Source: the human T2T-CHM13v2.0 reference genome, Homo sapiens. From it: a DNA stretch of 64,000 bases. The notes under the pieces are model-generated. The model was not told the DNA's origin and made no database searches. It saw nothing but the letters and a program-made list of their open reading frames with translations. Below are positions 1 to 13,835 of this stretch, piece by piece. Each line of letters starts with the position of its first letter. Position 1 is the first letter of the stretch. The stretch is taken from the NCBI RefSeq assembly GCF_009914755.1, contig NC_060936.1; one strand, 5' to 3'. The position numbers and the translations under genes are program-made.

Positions 1-97
1 CCTTTTTAGGCATAATGTGGAGAAGCACAGTGTCCTTATAAACTTAGAGAGTCAGGCAGTGCTTTGTGAGGGTTAATTTTTAAAAATTATCTAAAGA

Positions 98-213
98 ACT
101 TGGGAAGCTGAGGGAGGATCTGTTGAGCCTAGGAGTTCGAGACTGCACTGAGGTGAGATGGTGCCACTGCACTTTAGCCTGGGTGACAGAGCAGGACCCT
201 GTCTCTTAAAAAT
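98..213 (+). mobile_element. Alu monomer fragment (old, J/FLAM-like)
   Basis: cttgggaagctgaggg...gccactgcactttagcctgggtgacagagcaggaccctgtctc followed by A tail. Confidence 0.8.
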
Positions 214-640
214 ATTAATTAATTAAAATAAATTTTTAAAAACCTACTGACTGCAAAATAAAACTTAAAAAGTAATTTTTAAACATTAGCTGAAAAAGCA
301 AATGAATTGGATTATCCTAATGTTTCTTGTGAGCATGACTACTGGTTTATGATTTGTTGAACACCGAAGAAAATTTACTGTAGTGGAGTGGGATTCCCAA
401 AGAAAGTAAGATTTCAATTAGATTTTCGATAATCAGTAGATACCATAAAAATAGAGGGAAGAAAAGATACTTCAATATATGTCAAGGTGCTTTGGGAGAA
501 TAGAACAGTTTGGTTATCACCCCAGTTCTCTTTGGGGATGAACTGATGGAGAAGGTGAGGTCATTCAACAAGAAGCTTTGAGAGCCAAGTTAAGGAGTTT
601 TGTTACTGTGGTTCAGTACAATAAATACTGAAGGTCCCCT

Positions 641-729
641 GGGGCTTGAGGCTGCATGGAGCTATGGTTGTGCCACTGCACTCTAGCCTGGGTAATGGAA
701 TGGGACCCTGTCTCCCAAAAAAAAAAAAA
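641..729 (+). mobile_element. Alu 3' fragment
   Basis: gccactgcactctagcctggg...accctgtctc followed by poly-A. Confidence 0.75.
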
Positions 730-826
730 GTTGAGAGAGAATTTCACCCAAGTTTTAAAAAGCATGGACAGTACAGCTAAGTAGAACATGAGCCTTTTCA
801 CCAAATCTTAGAATACTTTAAATAGT

Positions 827-1093
827 CACTTTGGGAGATCAAGGCGGGCAGATTGCCTGAGCTCAAGAGTTCGAGACCAGCCTGGGCAACATGGTGAAAC
901 CCCGTCTCTACTAAAATATGAAAAATTAGCTGGGCATGGCAGCATGTGCCTGTAGTCCCAGCTACTCAGGAGGCTGAGACAGGAGAATCACTTGAACCCG
1001 GGAGATTGCAGTGAACCGAGATCGTGCCGCTGCACTCCAGCCTGGGCAACAGAGCAAAACTCTGTCTCAAAAAAAAAAAAAAAAAAAAAAAAA
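827..1093 (+). mobile_element. AluS, 5'-truncated
   Basis: Dimeric Alu with long A tail; aaatagt target-site duplication (TSD) on both sides. Confidence 0.92.
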
Positions 1094-1141
1094 TAGTAGG
1101 CACCACCTGCAACAGACCCTATCTGGCCCATGAAAAAAAAA

Positions 1142-1430
1142 TTTTTTTTGAGACAGGGTCTCACTCTGCCACCCAGGCTGGGGTGCAGAGGCACAATCAC
1201 AGCTCATTGCACCTTGACCTCACAGGCTCAGGTGATCCTCCCACCTCAGCCCCCTGAGTAGCTGGGACTACAGGCATGCGCCACCACGCCTGGCTGATTT
1301 TTGTATTTTTCATAGAAACTGGGTTTCACCACGTTGCCCAGGCTGGTCTCTAACTCCTGGGTTCAAGCGATCCGCCTGCCTTGGCCTCCCAAGATGCTGG
1401 GATTACAGGCGTGAGCCACCACTCCTGGCC
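1142..1430 (-). mobile_element. AluJ
   Basis: ttttgagacagggtctcactctg...gagccaccactcctggcc; tgaaaa on both sides. Confidence 0.92.
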
Positions 1431-1516
1431 TGAAAACTTTTGTTTGCTCTACAGTGCTTGGGTTTTGAAAGTTATTTGCTGTCCTTTAAACACTGTAAGT
1501 TTTCAAAAAAATATTA

Positions 1517-1852
<336 letters not shown>

Positions 1853-2459
1853 TTATTTATCAATATCCAGCCTCTTTAAAAATTAGAAGAACTGATCACA
1901 CTAGACCTGTGTTTCTACAGGACGGTAACTGACTTCCCTTAGACACAGAATGTGTGCTTCCTGTTTGCCATGTTCTCCACTCAGCCCACTCACCTCATTT
2001 TCATGGCTTGCCTGGCCCTTAAAGATATTTGAGTTTGTATCACCTGCCTTAAAACAAAGAGAAGAGAGCAGTACACACTTGTGAAATGGCCTCAGTATAC
2101 TTACAAGTAGTAAAAGTTAAAAGGTTTGAGAGGGCTTAATTAAATACGTGGTTGGTGAAGATTCATAAGAGATTGTGACATTTATTGTCACTTCCCAACT
2201 TTACATTTACCTGTTAAACTTTTTAAAATGAGGTTTGAGTTTTATTTTATGCTGCAAACTTGCACCCTTGGTACCTCAGTCTCACGATTCCAACTTCCAG
2301 CCGATCTGTCAGTGAATATTCATTAGTGCCCACTGTGTGTTGTGCATATGGAATTAGAGCAGGGCCTGCTGCCACACAGCCTTGTTCCCATTTATTGTTT
2401 TATTTTGATTACTTAACTGTTTATTAAAACTTTGAAGTGAAACATTAATAAACATTACT

Positions 2460-2830
2460 TTTGTTTTTGTTTTGTTTGAGACAGGGTCCCGCTCTGTCAT
2501 CCAGGCTGGAGTGCAGTGGCACAATCACTGCAGCCTCAACCTCCCGGGCTCAGGTGGTCCTCCTGCCTCAGCCTCCCAAATAGCTACTTTTTTATTGTTT
2601 GTAGAGACAGTGTCTCTACAAATAACTATTTTGAATTATTCTTTAAATTTTCAATTATTGTTCATGAATTTTGTTCAAAAAACAAAATAATATGCCCAGC
2701 TACTTTTTTATTATTTGTAGAGACAGGGTCTCCCTGTGTTCCCCAGGCCGGTTGAACTCCTGGGCTCAAGCAATCTTCCCACCTTGGCCTCCCAGAGTGC
2801 TGGGATTACAGGTGAGAGCCACAGCCGGCT
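2460..2830 (-). mobile_element. AluJ with internal rearrangement
   Basis: Both Alu arms recognisable, acattact TSD, internal duplication and insertion at 2582-2726. Confidence 0.88.
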
Positions 2831-4902
2831 CACATTACTCATTTCAGCCACCGGTCCAGCATTGCTCTTAAAGGCAACTTTTCAAAAGCAAACTAAATGA
2901 TCATTTATACCTTTCTCATTATAAACATTTATTGCACTGTCTTGTCTGCTTTATCAAAGTTTGCATTTAACCTTGTTGTGGGGATTTCTGCTTAGGGGTC
3001 ATTACTGTTGCTTCTTTCTTTCCAAACTAGCCTCTGGAGTAACTCACCATTTATTACAGTTCTCATTTCTTCAAGTTTCTCATCCCTCCCTTTAGCTATA
3101 CATAGTCAAAGAAAGAGAAAAGGAACTACTTTGAGGAGAGCAACTACGCCTTTTGTATTTTTTTAGGACAGCGTTGGCTTTTAATAGCGTGCCCCATTTT
3201 CAGACCATTTGTCCCAATATTTGGTCCAGAAAATAAAGATTTCATCAGCATGTCACTGCTGTTCTATGAGTAGAACCTTCTCACATGTAAAACAACTAGT
3301 CTCTCTCAAATTATAGTAGATTTACCACCCTGAGGGGAATGTACAATGAGAGAAGCCCATAATTTCTCAATCAATTTGCGACAGTGTTGAATGAACAGAT
3401 AGCTCCACGTAAATTTTCCTAGCACCATTTAAAGTCTTTCACCAGCAGCTTGCCAAGGAGTATTTCACAGACTGTTCTAAAAATACATTACTTACACAAG
3501 ATATTTTCAACAATAATGAGCAAGATTTTAGGCAAACATTTGAGACAATTTGCATGGCATGGGAAATTGAGGGAACTAAGAGATATTTCAGTTATACTTC
3601 CTTCCTAGGGTAGAAAAATCACATTTTCCCCCCAAATTTCTTATAGTACCAGTGACCTCAGCAGAATCCCAGGTCATGTAAGTCAATGATCAAACTCTCA
3701 TGGGGGATTCTCAAGTTCTTTTGAGACTTGATATAAGATGTGAAGCCTGATAACCACTTAAGTATAATTGCTGTTTTGGATCTTCTCTGTGGCCTTTAAC
3801 TTCATTTTTACTGATTTAAGTATCTTTGACTTGCCTGCAACCTTCTACTGATGAGCTAACAGGAAAATCCTAAGTAAAAGATAACTGCCATTTGTTCCTT
3901 AAATGACATCTTCTTGGCCAAAATTAAAAATAGGATCAACCGTCTTTCACCGCAAACACACATTTATATTTTTTGTTTCAAGCAAGCTTTAACTCACTGA
4001 AGGGAGGGCCTTGATCCAAAAGAATACCAAGAGAAATGAAGAGAATTTCTAGGATGGGTATAAAAATGAGTCCTGGGATAGAGCACCCCAAAGAAAATGG
4101 CAGAGCTCAGGATGGCTCTCAGTGGAGAAACCACTCGTTTTCTCTGATGCACTGAGCATTTTGGCATCCATGATTTGAAAGGATAACTTCAGCGTCCACT
4201 GTTCATTCAGTGAACTTTTTCTGATAATTTGCTGTGTTTCAGGCACCATGCTAGTCCCTGGAGCTATAAAGATTATTAAGTTATCACTGACTTCAAGTTG
4301 CTTCCACCGTAGGTGGAAATATAAACCTCTAAACAGTGAGGCATGTGCTTGTGAGAAATTGATTTGAGATCATGCTCCTTAGACCACACTCAGTGTCAGG
4401 TCCACCCTCATGGGTCATTAAATCAGAGTCAGGGGTGGGCCGCAGGAAAACAGGTTTTCTGAGACACAGCTGAAGGCAGAGACTTTGTTCTGAGAGTCCT
4501 GAGCAACAATGATGTTTTCTTCCTTGGATTAAGTTATATCATTGCTGAAAATGAATTTTGTTCAAAAACAAGAGAGCCTAGCATTTGTAAACATTACCTT
4601 AAATGCAGGTACATAAATTATTAGTGTGAATTCTTCTGGAATGGTGATGTGACATTCCCTACCCTCACCCCCCCCCAAAAAAAAAAGTCGTGGGGCAGCA
4701 AACATTGTTTTTTTCAAATCTGGTAATGCCTACCCAACACAGACAGGGGATAGGGTTATTAGCATTGCACCCATGTTAGGGTACAAGGAGCAAGAGAAGG
4801 CCATGGCAGGATGCTCTGCCTGTGCTCTCGCCTTCTGTGGCCTGTGCTAGCTGTGAGTTTCTGTACCCTTGGCTAATTAATTACGGAGTTGACCCAATCT
4901 CT

Positions 4903-4905
<3 letters not shown>

Positions 4906-4951
<46 letters not shown>
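4906..4951. repeat. (TG)23 microsatellite flanked by (TC)n and a G run
   Basis: Read directly. Confidence 0.97.
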
Positions 4952-4953
<2 letters not shown>

Positions 4954-5179
4954 CGGCGGGGGGGGGGCTCTTTCTGCTAATTTTTAGTACATCTGAAATG
5001 ACACAGTGCTGTAATTGAAATACATTCAAGGTCAGCAATGGCAAGTAGGAAGTAGTTCAGTGGGGAGGCAAAGGAAGGGATGAGGGTCACCTTCACAGAT
5101 GAGTGATGAGTCTTAAAGGATGAATAGGACTGCATCAGGTGCAAGGTACAAGGCACAGTGCCATAATATACATGGAGTG

Positions 5180-5580
5180 TGTTATGGTATGATTTGTGTC
5201 CGCCCTGAAAATTCATATGTTAAATTCTTAGCTTCCAGTGACTAAGAATGTGATCTTATTTGAAGATAGGGCTTCACAGAAGTAATCAAATTAAAGTGAG
5301 GTCAATATGACTGGTGTCCTTATAATAAAAAGGGGAGGGGAAATTTGGATACAGAGACACAGGTGGAGGGAAGATGATATGAAGAGACATAGGGAGAAGA
5401 TGGCCATCTGCAAGCCAAAGAGAGAGGCCTGGAACAGATCCTTCCCTCCCATCCCTCAGAAAGAACCAACCCTGCAAACCAACACCTCGATCTCAGACAT
5501 CTAGCCTCCCACACTGTGAGACAATACATTTCTGTTGTTTAAGCCACTCAGTACCTGGTTTGCCTTAGCAGGCTAACACA
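5180..5580 (+). mobile_element. MLT1 (ERVL-MaLR) solo LTR, MLT1A/B-like
   Basis: tgttatgg...aattcatatgtt...gaagatggccatctgcaagccaa...tgtgagacaatacatttctgttgtttaagccac...aacaca. Confidence 0.85.
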
Positions 5581-6272
5581 GTGCATTCAGGGAATGAGAA
5601 CACTGAAATGGCTGTCTTGTTCTCCCAGTGATGGTAATGTCCTGGTAACACAAAGGCAACAAAGCCAGTCCACAAAAGTCCACAGAAGTCACCTCTCCCT
5701 CCTCATTTGTTTTGACCCACAGCTCAGAGTTCAAGCTACCTGGGCAGCTCCTTCAGTGCAGTGCATTCTTCTGGTTTCTCACGAATCCTTTGTCAAATCT
5801 TTGGCCTCTCCTTCCACCAAAACCCAACTGTGTTTTCCTGCTGCTGATGGGGAGGTACTTCAAGGCTCATATTAGCTGTTTCATATTTGCCTCATTATGT
5901 TCCCCCCTGAGACTTATTAATATGGCTGGTGTATGTCAGAAGCTCGTGTTACTGTCTGTTGCGAGCATCCCATGGGATGATATGCAGTCCCAGCATTGAG
6001 TCTGGTGGCTTCTGTCACATCCTTTATTCCTGATACTTCCAAATTTAACCATGACACCATTGCTTCTGAGAAGGAATTTGAAAAAAAGAAAAATGGTGTT
6101 GTTGATTTTGATTCTTCGTATATGTATTCCATGTGTGCATTTGATAATGCTGCTGTCTCTGGTTTCCCATATGTAAGAACATGGTTCTAGTGAAACATTC
6201 TTATGTAACCATCTGTCTCATAAACTCAGTGAACACACTTTAATTGCAAAATTCCAACAGATTTACAGATTA

Positions 6273-6600
6273 CAGTTGTCCCTTGGCATCCAAGGGGGAT
6301 TGGTTCCAGCACCTCCCACAGATACCAAAACCCGAAGATGCTCAAGTCCCTTATATAAATGAGGTGGTATCTGCACATAACCTACACACATTTTCCTATA
6401 CTTTAAATCATCTCTAGATTACTTATAATATCTAAAACAATGTAAATGCTATGTAAATAGTTATACTGGGTTTTGTTATTTTTTATTGTTGTATTATTAT
6501 TTTTCTTTTTTTTTTCCAAATATTTTTGACCCACAGTTGGTTGAATTTGTGAATGGTTGAATACATGGATACAGAATCCATAAAAAAAAAAACCTGACTG
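6273..6600. mobile_element. MER2 (TcMar-Tigger) non-autonomous DNA transposon
   Basis: TA|cagttgtcccttgg...gatgctcaagtcccttatataa...gactg|TA. Confidence 0.85.
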
Positions 6601-7813
6601 TATTTGAAGACAAACTACAAATGTTTATTTTGGTTCATGATTCTTTTTGCGTTTTTTGGTTGTTCAGATGGATTTTGTGTTTTTTTGTTTGTTTGCTTTA
6701 GAAGCTTTTTTTGTCATTGTTTCCTTTAATTGTGTTTTAATTTAGGTACATATCAGAGCACCTTATTGAACCTTACATCATGTTATTCTTATGCTTCACC
6801 TCACTGATATCTGAAGAACATTATATATTTTTCATGTTTCTATGTATTTGGAAGTTCTGCTCTGCCCTCCAGAGCAAAAGAAGCTGTAGTTCTTTCCAGC
6901 AGTTTTGCTATTTAAGCCATCTGTTGAAAACGATTAACTGCTACTGCTGTTGCTTAAATGTTTTTCAAATATCCCCCATCATGTTCATTCCCACTCTTAC
7001 TTCGTTAGATCAAGGTTTCATCATCTCTCAATGGGACTAGGGTCTCCTGACTAACTTTCGTGCTTTCTGTCTCTTTCCCTTTTATTGTTCATCAACTCAG
7101 GGATCTTTTAAAAATGTAAATCTAAACTGTCCCTTGTAGGTATCAGTGGCTCCCTGTTGATTCTCAATTAAGTGTGGTATATGAGGGCCTTTATTTTTTG
7201 TTTTATTTTTTAAAATTCTAACCCCAGTATCATACAATGGAAAGGTCCTTTATTAGCAAGTCATCTTCTCTAGATGCTATGCACTCCTACTTCTCATATA
7301 AAGCTACTTGTTTTAGCCCAAGAAGGCCAGGGTCTCTCTTTTCCCACTTTTTCCTCTGCCTGGAATGCCCTTTTTTTCAGTGAACACCTACTCACCTTTT
7401 AATACATACTCAAAATTTATCTTTTGAATGGCACCTTCCCTGACTTCTCAGACAACACAGTATACTGAGTTTTGCCTGTTTTCTTACATGTTTGTCAATT
7501 TCAAGAGTTTAATTGAATAAAGAAATAACAGCATTTACTTTGTAGTATTTTAATTACTAAATATTGGCACAAGTAAAGGCTTCCATTTTTTAAAAGTATT
7601 ATAAATATAAAATTTATGGAGATGTAGATAACATAGTCAAATATTTACCTTCAGTATTCAGCTATTAATTTAGTTATGCACAAATATTTTAAATCACATT
7701 ATATAAAACTTTTAATTTAGAAATACTATATTTTTCTCATTTTCACAATTTTATGAAGGCTCTTCATATATCCTGATATTGTGTTTGTCATTACCAGAGC
7801 CACATTTTGAGTC

Positions 7814-8325
7814 TGCCGAGACCACCTCGGTCGGGGAGACCCTAACCCAGCGGCGCTAGAGAAATTAAAGACACACGCACAGAAATATAGAGGTGTGAAG
7901 TAGGAAATCAGGGGTCTCACAGCCTTCAGAGCTGAGAGCCCCAAACAGAGATTTACCCACATATTTATTAACAGCAAGCCAGTCATTAGCATTGTTTCTA
8001 TAGATATTCGATTAACTAAAAGTATCCCTTATGGGAAACGAAGGGATGGGCCGAATTAAAGGAATAGGTTGGGCTAGTTAACTGCAGCAGGAGCATGTCC
8101 TTAAGGCACAGATCGCTCATGCTATTGTTTGTGGCTTAAGAATGCCTTTAAGCAGTTTTCCGACTTGGGCGGGCCAGGTGTTCCTTGCCCTCTTGCGGTA
8201 AACCCACAACCTTCCAGTGTGGGTGTTATGGCCATCATGAACATGTCACAGTGCTGCAGGGATTTTGTTTATGGCCAGTTTTGGGGCCAGTTTATGGCCA
8301 GATTTTGGGGGGCTTGTTCCCAACA
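7814..8325 (-). mobile_element. MER9 solo LTR (HERV-K9/HML-3), full length 512 bp
   Basis: Minus strand begins TGTTGGGAACAAGCCCCCCAAAATCTGGCCATAAAC and ends GGTCTCGGCA; perfect GAGTC TSD (7809-7813, 8326-8330); minus-strand AATAAA at 7964-7969. Confidence 0.92.
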
Positions 8326-8979
8326 GAGTCATCAAGTACACTTTTCTCAGAGTATACCATCTTCACATCTGTTTGTTTGAAATACAGTGCTTTTAAAACC
8401 TGTGCGTGATACTGTCATTAGAAATTTGTCTACAAGCTACAAGAGCCTATTTGACTAGTGTAGGATGGTGACTCTTTTAATTCAGTCTATAGATATTTGA
8501 TTATGACCTCCTTAAAGTAATTAATTACAGTATTTTTAATGGTCATTAATATGCTTTTTTTCCAACAGTATCTACTCTTTGCATTGTGCATAACCCCAGG
8601 AATGATTATTGTCTATTAAATTTCTTTCCCTTCTTTTTTTAATATTAATTCCATCACATGACCTTCTAAGCATCCAAACTAGTACTAATTGCTACTGTTT
8701 CTTTCCCAAACATTATTTTGTTCAAAAAAAAAAAAAAGTAATTGAAAAGATTTCCACTTCCTGTAATGATGGACTGGGTCACTCAACTGATTCTTTCAAA
8801 GTTCATTTTCTAGGACAAGATGCATGGCCAAGCCTGAAACCTGTGACACAGGGAACCATATCTTCCCAAAAGGAAGAGCATCCAATATTTTGAACAGTAA
8901 TAAAATCCAGAGATTCTGAGCTATTAGTGCCCCTAATGGTTTGGGAAAATAAACATTCTCTTTGGAGGATAACCTCACC

Positions 8980-11460
8980 TTTGACCTCAAGTAACTCTAC
9001 AAAAAATATCTAGCAAAGATAATTAGACAATGAGGAGATAAGAAACCATGAGTGATAGCCAGAAGAAATAATAGACAATAGAGACACACCCACAGGAACT
9101 CCAGATATTGGGATTATCAGAAATAAATGACAAAAGAACTATTTACAATGTTCAAGGAGGTTTTTAAAAGCCAAGCTTAGATTTCATCAGGAAATCATAA
9201 GCACTAAAATAACAGATTTGAAAATGAGCTACATAGGAATTCTAGCACTGAGAAATAACCAAAATTAAGAAAGCAGTGGGTGAGTTTAACATCAGGTAGA
9301 GCTAAAAAATAAATCATGAAAGCAGACAAATCAGAAGAAATAATAAAAACGCAGCATCAAAAACAAAAGATAATAAAATATGGAAAAGAAGAATAAGAGA
9401 TATAGAGAACACAGTAATGTCTAATATACTAATTGAACTCCCAGAAAGAAAAAAAAATTTTTTTTTTTGAGACAGAGTCTCACTTTTTCGCCCAGGCTGG
9501 AGTGCAGTGGCACGATCTCAGCTCACTGCACCCTCTGCCTCCTGGGTTCAGGCAATTCTTCTGACTCAGCTTCCCGAGTAGCTGGATTACAGGCACATAC
9601 CACCACGCCCAGCTATTTTGTATTTTTAGTAGAGACAGGGTTTCACCATATTGGCCAGGCTGGTCTCGAACTCCTGACCTCAAGCGATCCACCGCCTCAG
9701 CCTCCCAAAGTGCTGGGATTACAGGTGTGAGTCACCACGCCCCGCTCAGAAAGAAAAATTAAAGAATATAGAGTCAATATTTGAAAAGATAAAAGCTGCA
9801 AACTTACTAAAACCTATGAAAAACATCACACAAATTCAAGCAGTCCAAGAAATTCCAGGCAGAATATATTTTTTAAATCCTTACCTAGATATATTACAGT
9901 GAAATTGTAGAAACCCAAAGATGAATGGAAAATTTTTAAAGCAGCTGGAAAAAGAAAGCAGATTTTATTCAAAGCAATGACAGACTGATGGTAACCTTCT
10001 CACTCAACAGGAACATAGAAGCCACAACAAAGTACAGTGATATATTTCTAATATACAAAAAGAAAATAACTGCTGCACAGAAAAAGATATTTAGTAAATG
10101 AAGGTGAAATAAAAGACGTTGTCAAGTCAACAAAACAGACACATACTAAAAAGAACTTCTAAAGGGTACACTTAAAATATAAGCACTCGACATCAAAGAA
10201 TGTAATAAATACATGGGTGATGCTAAGTGAATCTTGACTACATAAAATAATAATGTCTTAAATTTATATATTAATATTTATATATATTCTATTATAATAT
10301 ATTACAAAAATAGCATATAAATCAGGAGGACTAAATGAAGTTAAGGTGTTCTAAACTCTTTACATTGTGTGACAGAAGGAAAAAGCTATCAATTTACATT
10401 ATACTTTGATAAGCAAAGGTAGAATATGACCTTCAGTGAATAAAAAGACTACTAGGAGATTAATAAATAAATAAGCTCCTAACAGATAACATAAAGCAGT
10501 ATCTTTATGGCTATGAGATAGGAAAATATTTCTTAAATAGGACACAAAAAACACTAAAAGGAAAGAATTGATAAATGCATTATATTAAAATTAGAATCTT
10601 TGTTCATCTGGACACTATTGAAAGAGGGAAAAACCACAGCACAGTGGGGAAAAATATTTGCAACACATACAACTACAAAAAGACTCATATCCATCTCAAC
10701 AAATCATTAAGAAAAAGACTCATAACTTAGAAAATGGAGCAAGAGATTTTAACAAAGTGTTCTCAATTAAGGAGATCCAAATTGCCTTAAACATATGATA
10801 ATGTGCTCAATCTCATATATCAGGGAAATGCATATTCAAACCACAGTGAGATACCACTGCACACCCAACACAATTGTTTAAATTTAAAAGAAAGACTGAC
10901 AATACCAACTGTTGATGAGGATGTGGAATAGCAGGGATTCTTCCACTCTGCTGGTGAGAATGTAAATTACAATCATTTTGGAAAACAGTTAAGCAGCAAT
11001 TCTATTCATATATGTGTGACTAAACAAAAATGTGTTTATAGCAGCATTATTCAAAATAGCCCACAACTAAAAAAAATCATCTATCAATAGTAAAATGGAT
11101 GAATTACAGTGTATTCCTACAATGAATAGCAGTGAAATATACTCACAAGAAATGAGTGTATCTCACGTTGAGCAAAAGGAAGACAAAAATTATACATCCT
11201 GTAGGATTTCATTCATGTAAAGAGCAAGAAAGGGCAAAGCTAATATCTAATCTTAGAAGTCCAGTTAATGGAGAAGGAGAGGGTATAGGTGTATGGTAAT
11301 TGGGAGAGGCACAAGCAGTCTCATAATATACTTTTTCTTGGTCTGATTGTTACTCACATAGGTGTGCTCCCTTTGTGATAATTCATCATCAAGCTGCACA
11401 CTTATGGTCTGTGTATTTTTCTATGTGTAGTTTGACTTCAATTGAAAATGTTAAGACAAA
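8980..11460 (+). mobile_element. Old L1 (L1M) fragments: degenerate ORF1-like part, then ORF2 end and 3'UTR
   Basis: Strong A-bias; motifs such as gggaaatgcatattcaaaccacagtgagataccac and gatgaggatgtggaatagcaggga. Boundaries approximate. Confidence 0.75.
9458..9746 (-). mobile_element. AluS inserted in L1
   Basis: Full dimer; cagaaagaaaaa TSD. Confidence 0.92.
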
Positions 11461-11722
11461 AAAGTAATTGAGAGAGTACCCAGATATGAGATTTATAAGG
11501 ACTGAAATATAAAGTGATAACCTCCTTAGGATGATTTTGAAGAAATCATTCTCTTAAACTGGTGATATGGAGTGTTTTTTACCTTTGTTTCTCTCCTAAT
11601 AGACTGTGAATTTGGCGGGGGCAGGCCCTGTGTCCTCATCTCTACCTGACAGAGTGGACTCTCCCTGTTTGTGGGATTCATGAAATAATGTACTAACGTG
11701 AGAAATGTATTTCTATTCCCAG

Positions 11723-11920
11723 GTTAAGAAAACGACTGAAGCCACCTTGCAGACGATACAAGATATGGTCACCATCGAGGACTATGATGTTTCTGAATGC
11801 TTCCAGCACAGTCGTTCCACAGAATCTGTGAAGTCCACTGTCTCTGAAACCTACCTGAGTAAACCCAGCATCGCCAAGAGAAGAGCCAACCAGCAGGAAA
11901 CTGAACAGTTCTACTTCATG
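11723..11920 (+). CDS. SRGAP1: SRGAP1 exon (198 nt, phase 0-0), F-BAR extension: VKKTTEATLQ...ETEQFYFM
   Basis: ttctattcccag|GTTAAG ... TTCATG|gtgtgc; lies in ORF 11705..11965. Confidence 0.96.
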
Positions 11921-12152
11921 GTGTGCCCGCCACTTCCCAAGCCACTCTACAGAGCTCAGATCTAGGATTCCCAAGTGCCACTTCTATAGTCACATCAGAA
12001 CCATCTGGGGTTCCTTTTGTTAAAATAGACTCCTGTCTACCATCAGAGTTCCTGATTCAGTCAGTTTCGGAAAGAGTTTAGGAGTTATTTAGGAGTTAGT
12101 TAGTTAGGAGTTATTTAGTTAGTTAGAGGACTGGTATAAAACAGTACTTTTA

Positions 12153-12505
<353 letters not shown>

Positions 12506-12506
12506 A

Positions 12507-12676
12507 CAGTACTTTTAAACTTTAATATCTATACATGTCACCAGGAGAGCTGGTGAAAGTGCCAGTTCTTATTTCCAGAGGTCTGGTACAGAAGGAACCT
12601 GAGAGTGTGCATCTCTCCTAGGCTCCCAAGGGTTGGCTGATGCTGCTGGTCTGCAGACCACACTTCAAGTAACAAG
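12507..12676. mobile_element. MER5-like hAT-Charlie relic
   Basis: gctgatgctgctggtctgcagaccacacttcaagtaacaag is a typical MER5A end. Confidence 0.6.
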
Positions 12677-12764
12677 TTTCTGGCGTCTAGAAGATCAAAG
12701 TGGCTGGATTTTAGATCTATGAAAAGTTCCTTGACATTGAATAATTTTTAAAAATTAAAAATTA

Positions 12765-13070
<306 letters not shown>

Positions 13071-13089
13071 TTATTCTTGCCTTTTGCAG

Positions 13090-13174
13090 AAACTCAGAGA
13101 ATATTTGGAAGGCAGTAATCTCATCACAAAACTTCAAGCCAAACATGACTTGCTGCAGAGGACCCTGGGAGAAG
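13090..13174 (+). CDS. SRGAP1: SRGAP1 exon (85 nt, phase 0-1): [28 protein letters not shown](G)
   Basis: cttttgcag|AAACTC ... GGAGAAG|gtgagt. Confidence 0.96.
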
Positions 13175-13724
13175 GTGAGTTATCCAAAATGTATGGGAAG
13201 ATGACCTGGATGATACATCGTATCATGTATATATTCCAGAAAGAGTATGAATTGTATATTTGTGCTTTAAGAAGCAGAGGACACTCTGTGTTTAGATTTG
13301 GTTTTGTTTGTATATGTCATGATTAAGTTCTCCTGGCACGATTTTCTTCTAAAGCATGGTGCTAACCTTGAGGAAGCGTAGTGAAATCTAGGGAGGGCTG
13401 GAAAGTCAATACCGAGCTCCTAGGGAGGGATCTTCAGAGTGTGGTGCTCCTGATCGTAGAAAAGTCTGGAAACACTGCCCCTCCCCTACCTGCTGACCCC
13501 CCAGTCTCTTCTTCCTTCCCTTCTCAGACTTCTGCACCCTTCCAACCCCACCCCTGTTTGTTTTAATGGGCGAGTATTTGTTGTTCCATCTGTTGCCTGT
13601 TTAGACTCTGGAAACCAGTTAAACCAGTTTGGGTGATTTTTTTCTTTCAGCAGGCATTGGCTGTAGTTGAGAAACAATCTTAAAGTATAAGTAGATTGCT
13701 ATGTCTAATAATAGTAACAAAACA

Positions 13725-13835
13725 ACAGCAACAGCTAACACTTGAAAGGCTTTCTCTGTGCCAGGCTTTGTTCTGAGTTGTATATTTTACTGTGCACTAA
13801 TAATTTCTCCGTTTTTACAAATGAGGAAACTGAGG
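13725..13835 (-). mobile_element. MIR fragment
   Basis: tgtgccaggc...ttttacaaatgaggaaactgagg core. Confidence 0.65.
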
